A stretch of 62,956 nucleotides of DNA, the filler included, from Choristocarpus tenellus KU-1152 (Eukaryota > Protista > Phaeophyceae): NCBI GenBank assembly GCA_964200185.2. It is 12 parts of 12 records of this genome, joined end to end, with 100 filler letters (N's around TTAATTAATTAA, not from the genome) between each part and the next. Parts side by side here need not be neighbours in the genome. Positions count along the whole stretch, not along the records: positions 1 to 7,318 come from CAXNAD020006340.1; positions 7,419 to 11,198 come from CAXNAD020017965.1; positions 11,299 to 15,197 come from CAXNAD020017266.1; 9 more parts are not named here. One strand, given 5' to 3'. This document shows, piece by piece, positions 1-12,646 of this stretch. Numbering within the stretch: the first letter of the stretch is position 1; each line of letters starts with the position of its first letter. The position numbers and the translations under genes were made by a program. Below the pieces are notes generated by a model. It did no database searches. It had not been told where the DNA came from and saw only the letters and a program-made list of their open reading frames with translations.

Positions 1-39
1 GGTATGAGGATACTCAGCTATGGAAGGGGGGGGGCATAC

Positions 40-530
40 CTGATCACCCAAGCTTTGTGCCTTTTCGTCGAAGGCAGTCAGCAGTCGACGAGTTAGAGCA
101 GTCCCAAGACCTTGTCCTCTGTGTGACTTAGCTACAAAAAGACTGGCCAGTTCGAAGTTACTTTTATCCACAGGTCGTATCTGATATAAATAAAAGCGCG
201 AAGCAAACATATGAGGTTCGCTTATGGGGCACGAAGGGGACGAAGTTGAAAGAGGGAGATTAGTACCTGCCCAAAGCCCACAACGCGATCTTCCTCTTCC
301 GCCACGATGAAGTTGTCAGTGTCCACGAAAAGTGGGTTCATCAACATTCCTGCCAGTGTCTTTGAAATAACGTCATGGTCGCCAGGTGCGCCCTTTCTGA
401 AACTAAACCCTTGAGGGCTAGCTACCAAACCTTCTGGGTCTTTGACAACATGAAGCTTTGTGGGTTGAAGAGGGTGTCGTGCTTGGAAGTTAAATCCTGC
501 CGCAGCAAATGCTACGAGGGGCAATCGCAT
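40..530 (-). CDS. GNAT-family N-acetyltransferase, probably plastid-targeted (3'-partial)
   Basis: Exons 530-267 and 180-40 are joined by a phase-0 GT-AG intron. The spliced protein reads ...MNPLFVDTDNFIVAEEEDRVVGFGQ|IRPVDKSNFELASLFVAKSHRGQGLGTAL, containing GNAT acetyl-CoA-binding motif A (RxxGxG). The N-terminus MRLPLVAFAAAGF resembles a signal peptide plus the Phe motif of ochrophyte bipartite plastid targeting (inference). A GT donor follows at 39. Confidence 0.85.
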
Positions 531-789
531 TCTCCTCTACGACACCACTGGTGTCATGAAAACGTACAGGGAGCGAGTACTCGGAGGTAGAGGTCGAAAT
601 TCGTTGATTAAGGGAGACTTTTGTTCATGGGTTGGATTTGAGTTTTGTGAACTTGGCAGGACGCGAGCTCAACGCGCGAACATCTGTAGTGGGAAGTCTC
701 GATTTGATGATTAGTAGACGAAGGACACGAGCGAAAAAAAGTGGCCATTGCGCTGAAGTACTTGGCCGATACTCACTACTGGTCAGGCA

Positions 790-3700
790 ATGGCAGGTAG
801 ACTTATCATCCCATCTAGGCCGAGGCTAATCACAGCATTAGAATCTGCGGGGCGAGCTCTGGGGTCGGCAGCATCGGTGGCTGTAGGGCACACACCCCAA
901 CCACCCACGACGTCCTTACCGTCGTACGTATCTAACTGCCCGTCCACGGAAATCACTGTTCTATCTAATGGGCTACGCGTAGCATCTGAGGTGGGGCTAG
1001 ACCAAATTTACCGAATGGGTGTTTGACTCTATTTCCACTCCCTTAGCAGATGCTCGTTATCTGCATCAGGTCTAGTAATCAGTTCACATTGCCCACACGA
1101 AAGAATGAGGACTGAAGCTAATTGTTTATTTTTATCTAACCAAAATCTACGTACCAGACAAGCCATGGAGTGACGGCGTCAGTTGGAGTGTGGATAGACG
1201 TAGGCAGTCGTTACGAAACTGCAGCTAACAATGGCGTGGCGCATTTCCTAGAGCACGTAGCATTCAAGGGCACCAAAAATCGGACGCAGACGTACCTTGA
1301 GACGGAAATCGAGGATATGGGGGCGCATCTTAACGCTTATACGTCTAGGTGAGGTGAAGGTAGGCTTGGTTAGCGGGTAGTTGGGCGGAGATTACCGTTG
1401 TCATGATTTGCGAAGTTATGCATGGTGAAGCATCGGGTATGTTACCTGTTATCTGCGTTTGTCTTCGATGAGAAATATTAATGAAGCGCGTTGTTATCGC
1501 TGATGGGATTTTCGTGAGGGGAGAACCTCAGATACCGCGTTCTTTATTCCAGCTAATCATAGTCTGTGTCGCAACATCTGTCAGGCTAGGTTCCTCTTGC
1601 TACCTCTACTTAGAGCAAACCACAACCCACTTCCGATCTCAACTTCGTGTGATGTTGAAAATTACCATGCAGTCATGTTGACGCATGGTAATTGAGAGGA
1701 AAACTATGAGAGGTTATCCTCGTCTTGAGATAGGTGAAAAAGAGTTTGACTTGGGTGGAATCTCAACAAGAGATTTGCGCATCACAAGGTGATGTATCCA
1801 AGAAGTCCTCCTTTGTCCAAGCTGTTCATATTGGCTATGCCGAGCGACAAGTAATCGTGGATGCCTTGAAAAAATCTTATTCCCTTGGTGAGTTGCAGGT
1901 GTTAAAGAATAGGCTCATCATCACAAGAGTAATTTGATGTATAGGAGTCACCCCTACACACCTTGTACTCAGATGCGTTCAACCCCTTTCCAATGCTTAG
2001 GCACTACATGGCTTTGATTTTTGCTTTCATCATATGAAACACGCATGTATTGATGTAAATAAAATGCATTGTTTGTTTGTGGCAGGGAGCACACTGTTTA
2101 CTATGCCACAGTGTTCAAGGAGGATGTGGGTCGGGGGTTGGAGATTCTTAGTGATATCTTGATCAATAGTCGTCTAGATGAGTCGGCTGTGCACAGGGAA
2201 AGAGATGTGATTCTGAGGGAGATGGAGGAGGTCAACAAGAAGCAGGAGGAGGTGATGAACGAAGTGATGCTTCTCAAGATTGGTCAAACCTAGGTTTACA
2301 CTAAAGAGATGGGCTTACTGATACGGCTTGTGTGGTACATGTTGTGCAGTATATTTGATAGTGTTGTACATCGTACAAGGTGATGGGGAGGTGATCCTTA
2401 TCTGATAACATTTTTGGACTACCTCATAAAGAGTACGGTCTCATTAGAGACTGATATGCAATGGTGAAATACTTGTTAATCTGTATTAGTACTTGGTATC
2501 TGTTTGGAAAGTCAAAGACTCATTTTATCAGTTTCAAATGTATACTTAGGTGTATTTGTTTAACAAAATAGGAGGTACACTCTGAAAGAACAGGTAGATC
2601 AAAATTGATTTGAGCCGATCTCTGTCAGGAGGAAGGTGTCTTGCTTTACAGACTGAGTTATGTTACTGGTGCAAGGCTGATGTCTTGGATTATTTTTTGG
2701 ATCAGGCCTCAGTTGTGTGGTTGTGTCCAAGGTCATATTTCAGGTCCATGGTTAGGGTTAGGGTTAGGATTGTTTGATTGATGTCAACCGTTGAATGAAC
2801 TTACTGTTAGGGTTCCAATAATAGTGTAGTAGTAGATTGATTGCTACAATGATTTGATGCAGGCAAACACATCGTGCTATTGGCTGGATGTTTATTTAGG
2901 TCGTTTCTTTTGGTGGAAGAATTGCTTTTCGTACTATCTCTCAAGGGGTTCAGTCTTTTTTTTTTTTTTTTTTCCCTACTTTTCTGTTTGTTTTTCTTGT
3001 ACTTTTTTACGGTGTGTATTCCTCTCCCATCAAGTNNNNNNNNNNTGTTGGTTTTGGATGAATGTTGTTTTAGGTTGTTTTTTTTGGTGGAAGTTTTGCT
3101 TTTCGTACTATCTCTCAAGGGGTTCTGTTTTTTTTTTTTTTTTTCTGACCCTACTTTTCTGGTTGTTCTCCTTGAACTTTTTTACGGTGTGTAGACCTCT
3201 CCCATCAAGTGTCTGTGACACCCATGATTGTGTCTTTTGAGTACCTTCCTTTGAGAGTGTTTTCTAAGTACCTTTTTTTGAGATCTTTGGTGTATGTTTA
3301 TCTATATGGTCTATTCAAGAACATGGTTGATATCTTTTAGTCAACTCTCTATGTGCATTGAATCGTGTTGCATTGATTTATTTATTTTTACTCTTGGTTG
3401 CATCAGGTTATACTAGATCATCTACATGAAGTAGCTTTTCAGGGATGTGGATTGGGCAGGACCATTCTTGGACCGGAGGAGAATATCCGAAGCATAAAAA
3501 GAGATGATCTTCAGGAGTACATACAGTGAGTGAGGACACTTGACTTTTTTAAATTTATGACTGTTCTGCTTGGTGTGAATGCCCCCCTCTTTCTGTTGCC
3601 TTTTTCACCGTATTGCTCCGAAACGTTTACTTTTGGAAATTGTAACTGAAACACATACTCCAGAGTGAAACGATCAAAACGGCAGCATTTGATCTCACTG

Positions 3701-6700
3701 TCAAGATCCCTTAGGAATCTTGATGAATAGAGCAGAGCAGAATAGAAAACGGAAGGGTGGAACAGAATATAACAAGAATAGAGAATTGTCGCCCATTGAT
3801 GAATCTCTCCAATTGCTGCCATTGTTTGCGCATACTAAGCAAACTTGTACCATCGTGCCTTTTAGTGTAGGAACAAGAACAAGCAGGTCCAAGACACTGA
3901 GGTTTGAAGAGCACGTCCGAATTATGTTGTGTAGGTGTCTTGCCCTTGTTCATTAAAAATATCATGCAACATACTCCACTTGCTTACTTCAGCACTAGTC
4001 GATCGAATAGTATCGCAATCTTAACTCCCCAAATACATGTTAACTCTTTGAATAGATATTCTTAAATGCTCAAATATATAGTAATCACCCTACAACTAGG
4101 TAGGTAGTGATGGTTCTTAAAATAGATACTGCCCACTCTTGAAATAGGTACTGTTAACTGTTCAAATATATGCTGTTATCTCTTCAGATAGGTGTTGTAT
4201 CAGTCACACGGTGCAGTGTTATGTGCATTGAAGGGAGTAAAGTTCATGGTTCAATGAGGTATGATGTAAGGTGGTGTGATAACTCAACACAACCAGTATT
4301 AGTAAAATGTACGATCAGCTAGTGAATTAATCTTGAAATTTTGCCGGACAGGACACACTACACTGCCCCTAGAATGATTGTGGTTGGTGCTGGTGCGGTT
4401 GACCACAAGGAGCTTGTTGAGATGGCGGATAAATGCTTTGGAAATTTGCCATCTGAGCCGCCACTGGGATCTATTGTTACAGTGAGTCAAGAGTGTTGTA
4501 TAGTTGTAACGCCTGTAGTGTTTAACTCTTTGTATGTGTTTTATGTACTTCGTCTGGTGGTGCACTATTACTATTCAGTGATTGTTGCAACTGTTGTTTG
4601 TTGAGTGTTACATATTTTTTTGTAATGGGTACTGTTTATTTGATTGGTCTCAGGATAGTTGATAATTGTGGTGGGTAGGTATTGCCATAGAATGTTGATT
4701 TATTGTGGTGGTTTATGATATACAAGGCAGTATTATTCTTGATGTATTGTGTCAAAGTGTGAGAGTTAGGGTTGGCTAGTTTATATGTCACGGTTGGGTA
4801 TTGGATAGGCCATGTTGATGGTGGGGTGTTAGACACAGTTGACTGTTCTATTGATGTTGTATTTTTAGCAGTATTACCTATAAAGAAGAGTAATAGTAAT
4901 AGTAATAGCTGGGTGAGACTGTCACCTTGGATGTCATGCTTGGCTCCTTTATGAGCATGAGTCAGGGGGCCTTCCGGAAATTTGGAAAATACGTGTGATT
5001 TTTGTGAAAATGAAATATGTTCAAGTGTTTTTTCCCGTTTTATAAAGTTTTTATAATGTATGGTATGTATGTCCGCCGAGGTTGAGACCATGACCACTAC
5101 CCGATCGTTTGATGAGCTTCTCACCTTAACCTTTGTGGCGGCGCTGGATTGGTGGGTTAGGGTTAGGGTTGATTGGTGGGTTGACAGTGTCGAATTAACC
5201 CTAAGAGATATGGTCACTAATGTTACATGTACATTGATGCATCGCCAGTGTATTTGGTAGGGATCTTTGGGTAATGTTCTGATCATTCACCTTCTGGGTC
5301 ATCAATGGTAAATGAAAAGTGATTCCAAGTGCGTGGGAGTGCTGGAGTGGTTCCGCACACAATTATTATTGTTGCACGTATGTGTATGTACATTTTAAAA
5401 TGTGATTGATCTCTTTTGATCAAAGTCAAGAATCTGTTAGTTGAATACATATTTTATGCATATTTCATATAGTGTGATTGATCTCTTCTGATCAAAGTCA
5501 AGAATTTGTTAGTAGAATATATATTTTATATTCTGAACTACGAGATAACAATATTTTAAAGGCAGACCATTCAAGACGAAAAATAGAACTGTTCAGTGTA
5601 AATAGTTGGTGCATCTATCTCTACATACAATAGTGTTTCTTACCATGAACTGGACCGAGGACCCAACCATTCTTCAAGGTATTGAAAGATTTATTGTGTG
5701 GTCTTATCTAGCTCATGGACGGTGTATCTCAGATGTTCCTGGCACAGTGAAATACCCTGATTTTTGTATATTTATGTTTTAATTTAAATATACATTTTTT
5801 GTGCTCGGAAGGAATGTAGTGTTTTGTGATACATTTACAAATGTTTCCTGTGCAATTGGTAAGAGTTGTCTTCCACTGTTGCTCTTATTCTTACATATTA
5901 GAAATGTTACTGCTAATATGATATTTGTCATTGGTGCGATCTCTAAACCCCTAGCCTTTTGCTTGACTGTAATTGTTAACTGTCTATATTTTGTTCGTGT
6001 TTGTGATACAAAGTTGTCGGAGCTAGCCTAACAACACCGACCTTTTTAACCCGGATGCTTGATTGATTGACGAACTAATTAACTTCCGTTGGCTTCATTT
6101 CATTTGCATGTATGTGTTTTTTAAGCCTGACCGTGCTCTCTTCACGGGAAGTGACAAGCGTGTGATCAGCAATAAGGAGACGGAGGCGTACATGGCTATC
6201 GCCTTCCAAGGAACCTCTTGGACAGACCCCATGTCTTTCCCTCTGATGATCATGCAGACTATCATGGGGACTTGGGATAGAAGCAGTGGTGAGAAAGATT
6301 GAAACGATATATCTGCGGAATAGACTAGTCGATACTCAAGATATGAGGTTTTTATATTCTTTCAAAACTTTACATGTTGTTGTGTTCTTACTAGTGTTGG
6401 TGTCACATGGTTGAGATGTTGGGGTTTTGGAGGGTCACAAATTTGTATGATATGGTAGAGGCGTTTTTACTTCTAATTGACTTGCTGTGATTTCCTTGTG
6501 CTGAAACAGAGTTCACAAGTATAATGACCTTTTTTGTACACAGAGGAAGGTGAGGTGTGAGGGAAGGGACGTATGGAAAGGATAGGCAAGTTGATTTAAA
6601 AAAAAAATATTCTGCAACATCTGGAGTAGAGCCAGGTCTCTTGGCCATTGTAGTAGAGTTGTATGTACATCTTAATATTTGCTAGAGTACTGAACATATA

Positions 6701-7289
6701 TTTTTTATTTAATGTTTATTTTTTCTTTCTTGGCTTCGGCTAAGATCTATGCATTAGTTTATATGCCGTTGTTTTTGCTGATTTGTAGTCTTAGGGTTGT
6801 ATGCCATTGATGTGTGGCATGTGTCTACTTTTTTCATTTATTTTTTGGATTGGATTTTCAGTATGTACTGGTTTAGAACCAGCAGGGCATCATTACATAG
6901 GTTTGGTGTTTGATGAACTCGACGCAACTTACCCTAGCTCCAAGTCAGTGTCCAAGTATTTTATGTGGTATTTATGCCATTTATGATATCCTTAGCCCTT
7001 TTCCCTGCCTTCCCCTTGCCTGTCGCCTCCCCTTGTTGGTTTTTCTTTGCATGCACTCTACCTACTGTGGTCTGTGATCTGATGTGATCTGATGTGATTT
7101 ATATCAAACAAATCACCATCCTCCAATGGGATTCCATATATACATACGCACACTCCATTCAACAAGGGCGTAATGTTGTCTCTAGGCTTGGACAAGCCTT
7201 GGCAGAGAAGCAGCTGTGTCACTCATATCATACCTTCAACTCCTGTTATAAGGACACTGGACTCTTTGGGATTTATGCCATTGCTCCAC
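790..7289 (+). CDS. MPPB: Mitochondrial processing peptidase beta subunit / bc1 core protein (peptidase M16), 3'-partial
   Basis: Phase-consistent GT-AG exons: 790-990, 1158-1348, 2086-2251, 3407-3525, 4352-4481, 6126-6288, ~7167-7289. Motifs: inverted zinc motif [73 protein letters not shown]. The N-terminus is Arg/Ser/Ala-rich, like a mitochondrial presequence. The gene is cut by the contig end. Confidence 0.95.
5401..5530. repeat. Intronic tandem duplication, ~72-bp unit x2
   Basis: tgtgattgatctctt(t/c)tgatcaaagtcaagaat(c/t)tgttag...atattttat occurs at 5401 and ~5473. Confidence 0.8.
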
Positions 7290-7318
7290 GTATGTCTCCC
7301 CCAGCCCCCCCCCCCCCC

Positions 7319-7418
7319 NNNNNNNNNNNNNNNNNNNNNNNNNNNNNNNNNNNNNNNNNNNNTTAATTAATTAANNNNNNNNNNNNNNNNNNNNNNNNNN
7401 NNNNNNNNNNNNNNNNNN
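7319..7418. other. Artificial contig-concatenation linker (N44-TTAATTAATTAA-N44)
   Basis: The identical 100-bp spacer, with stops in all six frames, recurs at 11199-11298, 15198-15297, 19301-19400, 24271-24370, 28656-28755, 33574-33673, 41041-41140, 47944-48043, 54902-55001 and 59509-59608. Confidence 0.98.
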
Positions 7419-8710
7419 GCACCGAAATATTTTGAACAAGAATATATCCCATTCGTAGCGGGGCCCTTAAAAAGTGCCGCAATATTAATTTTAAAAAAAC
7501 ATATGGGCACTTTCCGCGCACCATTTTGGGTCAAACTCATCCTCTATAGTATGCTCCATCCTCAATTTTGGTGATCGGCTGTTAAGTATGGATGTTGCCC
7601 TTTGCTGTAGGAACCTGATCCATTCAACCAAGCACCTAAGGAGGGACAAGTAAAGGTCACTGTGGCACTTCTTTTTCGAAGAGGACAAGTCGAATAGCCC
7701 ACTGAGGAGAGTGGCCTCTTGTTGCAGTCATTTTACTTCCTAGCTACATGTGGTGCTGTGTGTGGTGCTGCACCTGGCTGGAATCACTAGTTATTAAGTT
7801 GAAATGTGATCATTGCTTCAGTGCAACACTTACTACTACTACTGTCTAGTACCTAAAAGTCGTTGCGATGAGAGGGAACAACTATTCAACAGGATCGAAG
7901 ATTACAAAACGACATGAAATTCAGTTTGTCAACTATACTATCTGTATGCATTTGTGCATGACATTTGACACAAGAGTAATCAATGCTAATAATACTGCTT
8001 CTATCAAGTCAGGTTATACTATGTTCCAACTCTCCCACCCAAGTGTGATGCATTGTTGAGACTACACGTTGGACAATCAATTGAGTCCCAGTTGCAACAA
8101 ATAAAAAAATGCAACAAATTAAGAGAGTTTATTGTTGCAAAAAGCCCCAAACTGAGGCAATACAATTGTGGACAGGGAATGTAACCTTGGGTAGAACCCA
8201 CACGCTGCAAAGGGGGGATGGTTTTTAGTGATTATTAATAGCAAATAGTGGAGTGTAAGGAAGAAAAAAAAAGAAATTACGAAGAAACTTTCGCAACAAG
8301 TGACAAGCGAAGTAATGAACTCTAAATTTTGACCTACTACTACTACTATTATCCCCTTCATGAAAGATAGGGCACCTACATCAACTTCTGACAACAGAGA
8401 GATGTAGGTTGGACCATGCTTTTAATCAATACACTTGCAGTTGTATCTACTACTCTCATGAACACGTCACACTCCCATTAACATTCACAGACGTCAGATA
8501 GGAAGTAGTGTGCACACATACTTGATTGGAATAGACGAGCATTACGCTAGATAAAATTAAAGACACAGTTCTTAGACCTGTGCCCTTCCTCTCCCTCATT
8601 CTTGTATTCATGTTATTCGCCAAGATAGTACACAACACCTACAAAGTTACCCTTTTGGTCTACATATGTAGTCTTTCCCAAGGATTTAAGGCTCCTTACG
8701 GAATCTTTCC

Positions 8711-9015
8711 CTTCTCTTTCATGCCGTATCAAACACACCAACATTGCCAAGCCTAGTATCTACATCAACAGATTATGGTAAGACAAAGCGAGCACAGCAT
8801 CCATCAAGGGACCATTGGGTCAGAACCTCACTTGTTTAATTAGAAGCTTCGATGTGAACTATCTCACTTCTCTTTCATGCCGTATCAAACACACCAACAT
8901 TGCCAAGTCTAATATCTACATCAACAGATTGTGGTAAGACAAAACGAGCACATTATCCATCAAGGAGCCATTGGGTCAGAACCCCGTGTGTTTAATTGGA
9001 AGCTTCGATGTGAAC
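8711..9015. repeat. Tandem duplication, 156-bp unit x2
   Basis: cttctctttcatgccgtatcaaacacaccaacattgccaag...agcttcgatgtgaac starts at 8711 and 8867. The copies differ by scattered substitutions. Confidence 0.9.
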
Positions 9016-9773
9016 CACCTCATACACTTCATGCAATATTCCACATGCTGTTGTGATCAATAGTATAAACTACTTGCAATGGTTATCAGAAGGGTATCTT
9101 CTCTCAAGGTGCCAATAACAAAGCAATGCCACCACTGTATGTCTATCTGAAAGACAGTGCCAATGCCATCCAAGTTTCCATGTCTATGCAATACACAAAG
9201 TTGCTCGGGCCCATTAGTGTCCTACATCTTTATCAAAAATCGCCTGGATAATGGTCCTCATCTATGGAATGTTCGACAGGGGACTCAAGGCAAAGTAAGG
9301 TCCAGAGCACAAAATCTGATTTAAAGTCTAAGGGAAGAACCACAGTCCAAAGCTTAGGACAATGTAGTATAGAACCTGGGACAAACAGCATCCATGTCAC
9401 ACTCAGCCATAAAGAGTGGTCCAAGGTGTGAAAGAGCAAGCTGATAGTGTCAAGCACTCCACACGCTTCCCCTCCAGAGTATATCGTCACCTCACAAAGT
9501 ACCAACTAAATACCTAGGAGTACGTTGAATACTCTTGGTTCAGAGTGCAAAAGGGCATTGAACCATTCCGAAAGAAGTGCTTTGGTGCTCTACAAATGTA
9601 GTGGATCAACAATTTGCTTCGTGCTGCCCCTCAGTAGGCAATTCAGTTGAGTAGCCTTACTCCCAAGGACACTGACAACAGGAAACCAACCACCCATTGA
9701 TAAAACAGTGTTGGTTATGTACTATAGGATCACTGTTGCCCACCTACTACTAATGTACACATCTCTAATCATG

Positions 9774-10883
9774 TTACGTCCTCTCTTCTGCAAACGCAGA
9801 CACCTGCACCGCAGCTCCTGGGCTGACCACTAGCAGTTTCACTCTGTACTGAGAGGGCCTCCCCAGTAATCCACTTCCTCCTACCCCAGCCCCCCCTTCC
9901 TCTGCATCCAACAGGGGTGAGCTCCATAGACAGCCTCCAGTATCTATTGCATAGGTAACCACTTCCCGGAAGTCATCCTCATTTCCTCCTGAGAGATCTA
10001 GAAGTACACCCTGAGCACACTCCATTCGGTCTCGCTCTCGCTCCCAAAGGAGGACCTGCATTAGGCAGGATAGTGGATGAGTCTCCTCGTGGTGAAATGG
10101 TTCCATGCAGCAACACATTGAAAACTGACTTCAACACGTCCAATGCCTGCTGGGATATGGCGGTGAGCCAAAGTGAAACAGAGGTAACCAGGTTTTGACC
10201 GTTTTGCACTCGGAGCCTGTTTTTGAATCCTTTGCAATTCACCTGTATACTTGCATGGATGAAATGCTAAGCTTTACTTGAGGGCATTTATTTCTCTATT
10301 GCTTGAAATTTGACACAAATCAGACAATATCCTATACAGAAAAAAAAAATCAAGGAAAATTTTGCACCTATTTGTCAGCACCATTAAAATGAAACTCTGA
10401 GTACCTCTCGTCTACTTTGACTCAGTGCAGATCACTTCCAACGCATCAATCTGATGGTATCACCTAGGGATAATTCACAACTTTTTTTCTGGAATCCTTG
10501 CACCCTACCTAGCAACACCTATCAACTACCCTCAACGACAAATATCACATGCTGTGTTGATTGAACAGCACTAATCTGTCTCGTGCTACAGACACCGTTC
10601 ACCTTCCACCTTCACCACAATATCAACCAACACTATCCCACACTACCTCTCCCACCTGGTCTGCCACATTCTCTGGCACCACAGGGGAGCGATGCCGCAC
10701 TGCAGGGTGTGAATGCCATTTAAGGAAGTCCAGCACCTGCCTCCCCCCAATACCCATGGCCAGGGCCCGCCTCATGCTCTCACGGGTAATAGCACCAACT
10801 ATAGCATTAGGAAGGCGTGCACGGAGTTCCACGAACAGGCTGAGCATCGCAAGGTGAAGGTTGGAGGACGTGTAACACATCAC
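9774..10883 (-). CDS. TFB2: TFIIH subunit p52 / Tfb2, last two exons (5'-partial)
   Basis: Exons 10883-10656 and 10055-9774, with stop TAA at 9776-9774. The protein VMCYTSSNLHLAMLSLFVELRARLPNAIVGAITRESMRRALAMGIGGRQVLDFLKWHSHP...VPENVADQ|VLLWERERDRM matches the Tfb2/GTF2H4 C-terminal pattern (YT.S.L...L.LF...R.PN..VG.ITRES...AL..GI...Q...FL..H.HP...V.DQ..LWE.ER.R). Confidence 0.92.
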
Positions 10884-11298
10884 CTGAAACAGTTTCCGGG
10901 GGATGCATACATATGGTGCCACCGGGGTGGTTTGTTGGGAGGGAGGGATGATTTAGGTCATGGGACATAGCATAACGTTCATGCTGTAATGAGGGTGAAA
11001 CATAACAGTCTCATGAGTTCGTTGTGGTTGCTACAATACTCGAACAGATGCAATTGCTTCTTGATCTCTTTCTTACTCCTGTCTCTCCTTCCTATCCTCT
11101 TTGGTGAGCAACATTTCAATAGGGGCGTTTTTTTTTGGGGGGGGGGGAAGGCGGGGGGGGATCAACTCCTCCAGAAAACTCTCACTTTTTCACCAAATNN
11201 NNNNNNNNNNNNNNNNNNNNNNNNNNNNNNNNNNNNNNNNNNTTAATTAATTAANNNNNNNNNNNNNNNNNNNNNNNNNNNNNNNNNNNNNNNNNNNN

Positions 11299-11915
11299 AA
11301 GGTCCTCTCCCAGACGTCACCTTCGCAGAGGTACAGGCAACCTCCCACCTAACCCACTCATCCACCAGCAATGGTGTAGCTGCTGCTGCAGCCGAGGCGC
11401 GAAAGCGTACCCCCTACAAGGGCTCCTTTGATCCTCATAGTTACAACCTCAACACCTTCATGGTGGAAAGTTTTGGGCGCCTCGGCATGCAAGCGGAATG
11501 CTTCCTGGATGAGCTGACTACTCACATGGTGGGGGGGAGAGAGATGGACTGGAGGATTTAGGGGAAAAGGAGAAGTCAAACCCCGCCTACGCCAAATTGT
11601 CTCGGTGACTACGCAAGTGGCACTGTCTAGACGTAAAATGCGTTTTAAGCTAGAGTCACCAGGGAGATGGGCACGGAGGGGCTTATTGAATTATTAGGAT
11701 GTGCCTCCCTAGCTCCTCCCCCCGGGGCATAGGAGTAGGTAGATTGGAAGCGCAGGAAGGCAGTAGTACAATATTGATAGTGGTGAAGTAACAAATAGAC
11801 AGTGTTTTTCACATTTATGATATTTTATTTGTTTAGGTAGGGCTTATGCTGACATATATATATATAGTTTTCACTTGTTTTCCCCCTAATACATCTCCAA
11901 AATGTCATAATAATA
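11299..11915 (+). mobile_element. 3' end of a CRE-like non-LTR retrotransposon (restriction-like endonuclease domain plus 3' tail), degenerate
   Basis: Translation across a frameshift: PDVTFAEVQATSHL...AAAAAEARKRTPYKGSFDPHSYNLNTFMVESFGRLGMQAECFLDELTTHMVGG...KGEVKPRLRQIVSVTTQVALSRRKMRFKL, fitting the RLE pattern DVT...AE..K...Y...VE.FG.LG..A..FL. It ends in ttttccccctaatacatct...cataataata. Homologous to 24500-25102. Confidence 0.8.
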
Positions 11916-12646
11916 ACTAAATGGTGTTTCTCTTCAATCTTGCACTGTCTTTTTTATGCTTAACCTTGTATGACGAGCCCTTGATTTGATTGATTGGTTG
12001 ATTGATTATCACACATCGGTTCGAAATACTTCTCGAAGTACATTATTATTGGAGTCATGTTCGAAAGGAAGCGAAACAATTGGGAGAAAACGTCAAGGAG
12101 AAGGAAGCAACATACAGCATAGTCGAACTCTTGGTCAGAAAGGCAATGCAAAGAAAAAAGATAGGGCCACTATCACCTATGATGTCGAAAACCCCTGAGG
12201 TTGTCTTGGAGGTACCACCACTGATTTTTCTCTCGACCTTCCTTCTCCCCATTATTATGAGGTTTCTTCTGAGGGTTGGATTTTCCTAGCATGAGGTTTT
12301 GGCAGTCGATCATTGTTCATTTGAAATTTGTTAGCGACCCTAGATACACAATACCACTATTCACTATTGTTCTAGCATATCTTGCTGCTACTGGTTGATT
12401 GTTTAGTTTAATCTATCCAATAAATTGTCACTTGCTATTATGCACTTTTTATACGCTACTTCACAATAGGGTGGGTGTATGTTAAGTGAATAGGAGAAGT
12501 ATTCCTATCCACGAGCAGACCATTTCCCTACCGCACACACCCACGTATGAGTTGCGGTGGTTGGTCGTTGCAAACAGAACAAGGTGTAGCACAGTCCCCT
12601 TGCAATGTTGAGGCCCCTCCCTGTGCCAACAACAACTCAAATAAGC

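Noticed and set aside
2875-3212. ~170-bp direct duplication with hydrophobic/Lys-rich ORFs
   Set aside because: The copies flank a 10-N gap inside an intron, and the ORFs derive from poly-T runs. It is either a gap artefact or a simple tandem repeat, not coding.
4636-5286. 216-aa minus-strand ORF
   Set aside because: It is antisense within an MPP-beta intron, low complexity, overlaps repeat-like sequence and has no recognisable motif.
6520-6655. tRNA-derived SINE (B-box-like GGCTCTACTCC on the minus strand)
   Set aside because: No convincing A box, cloverleaf or second copy in the window.
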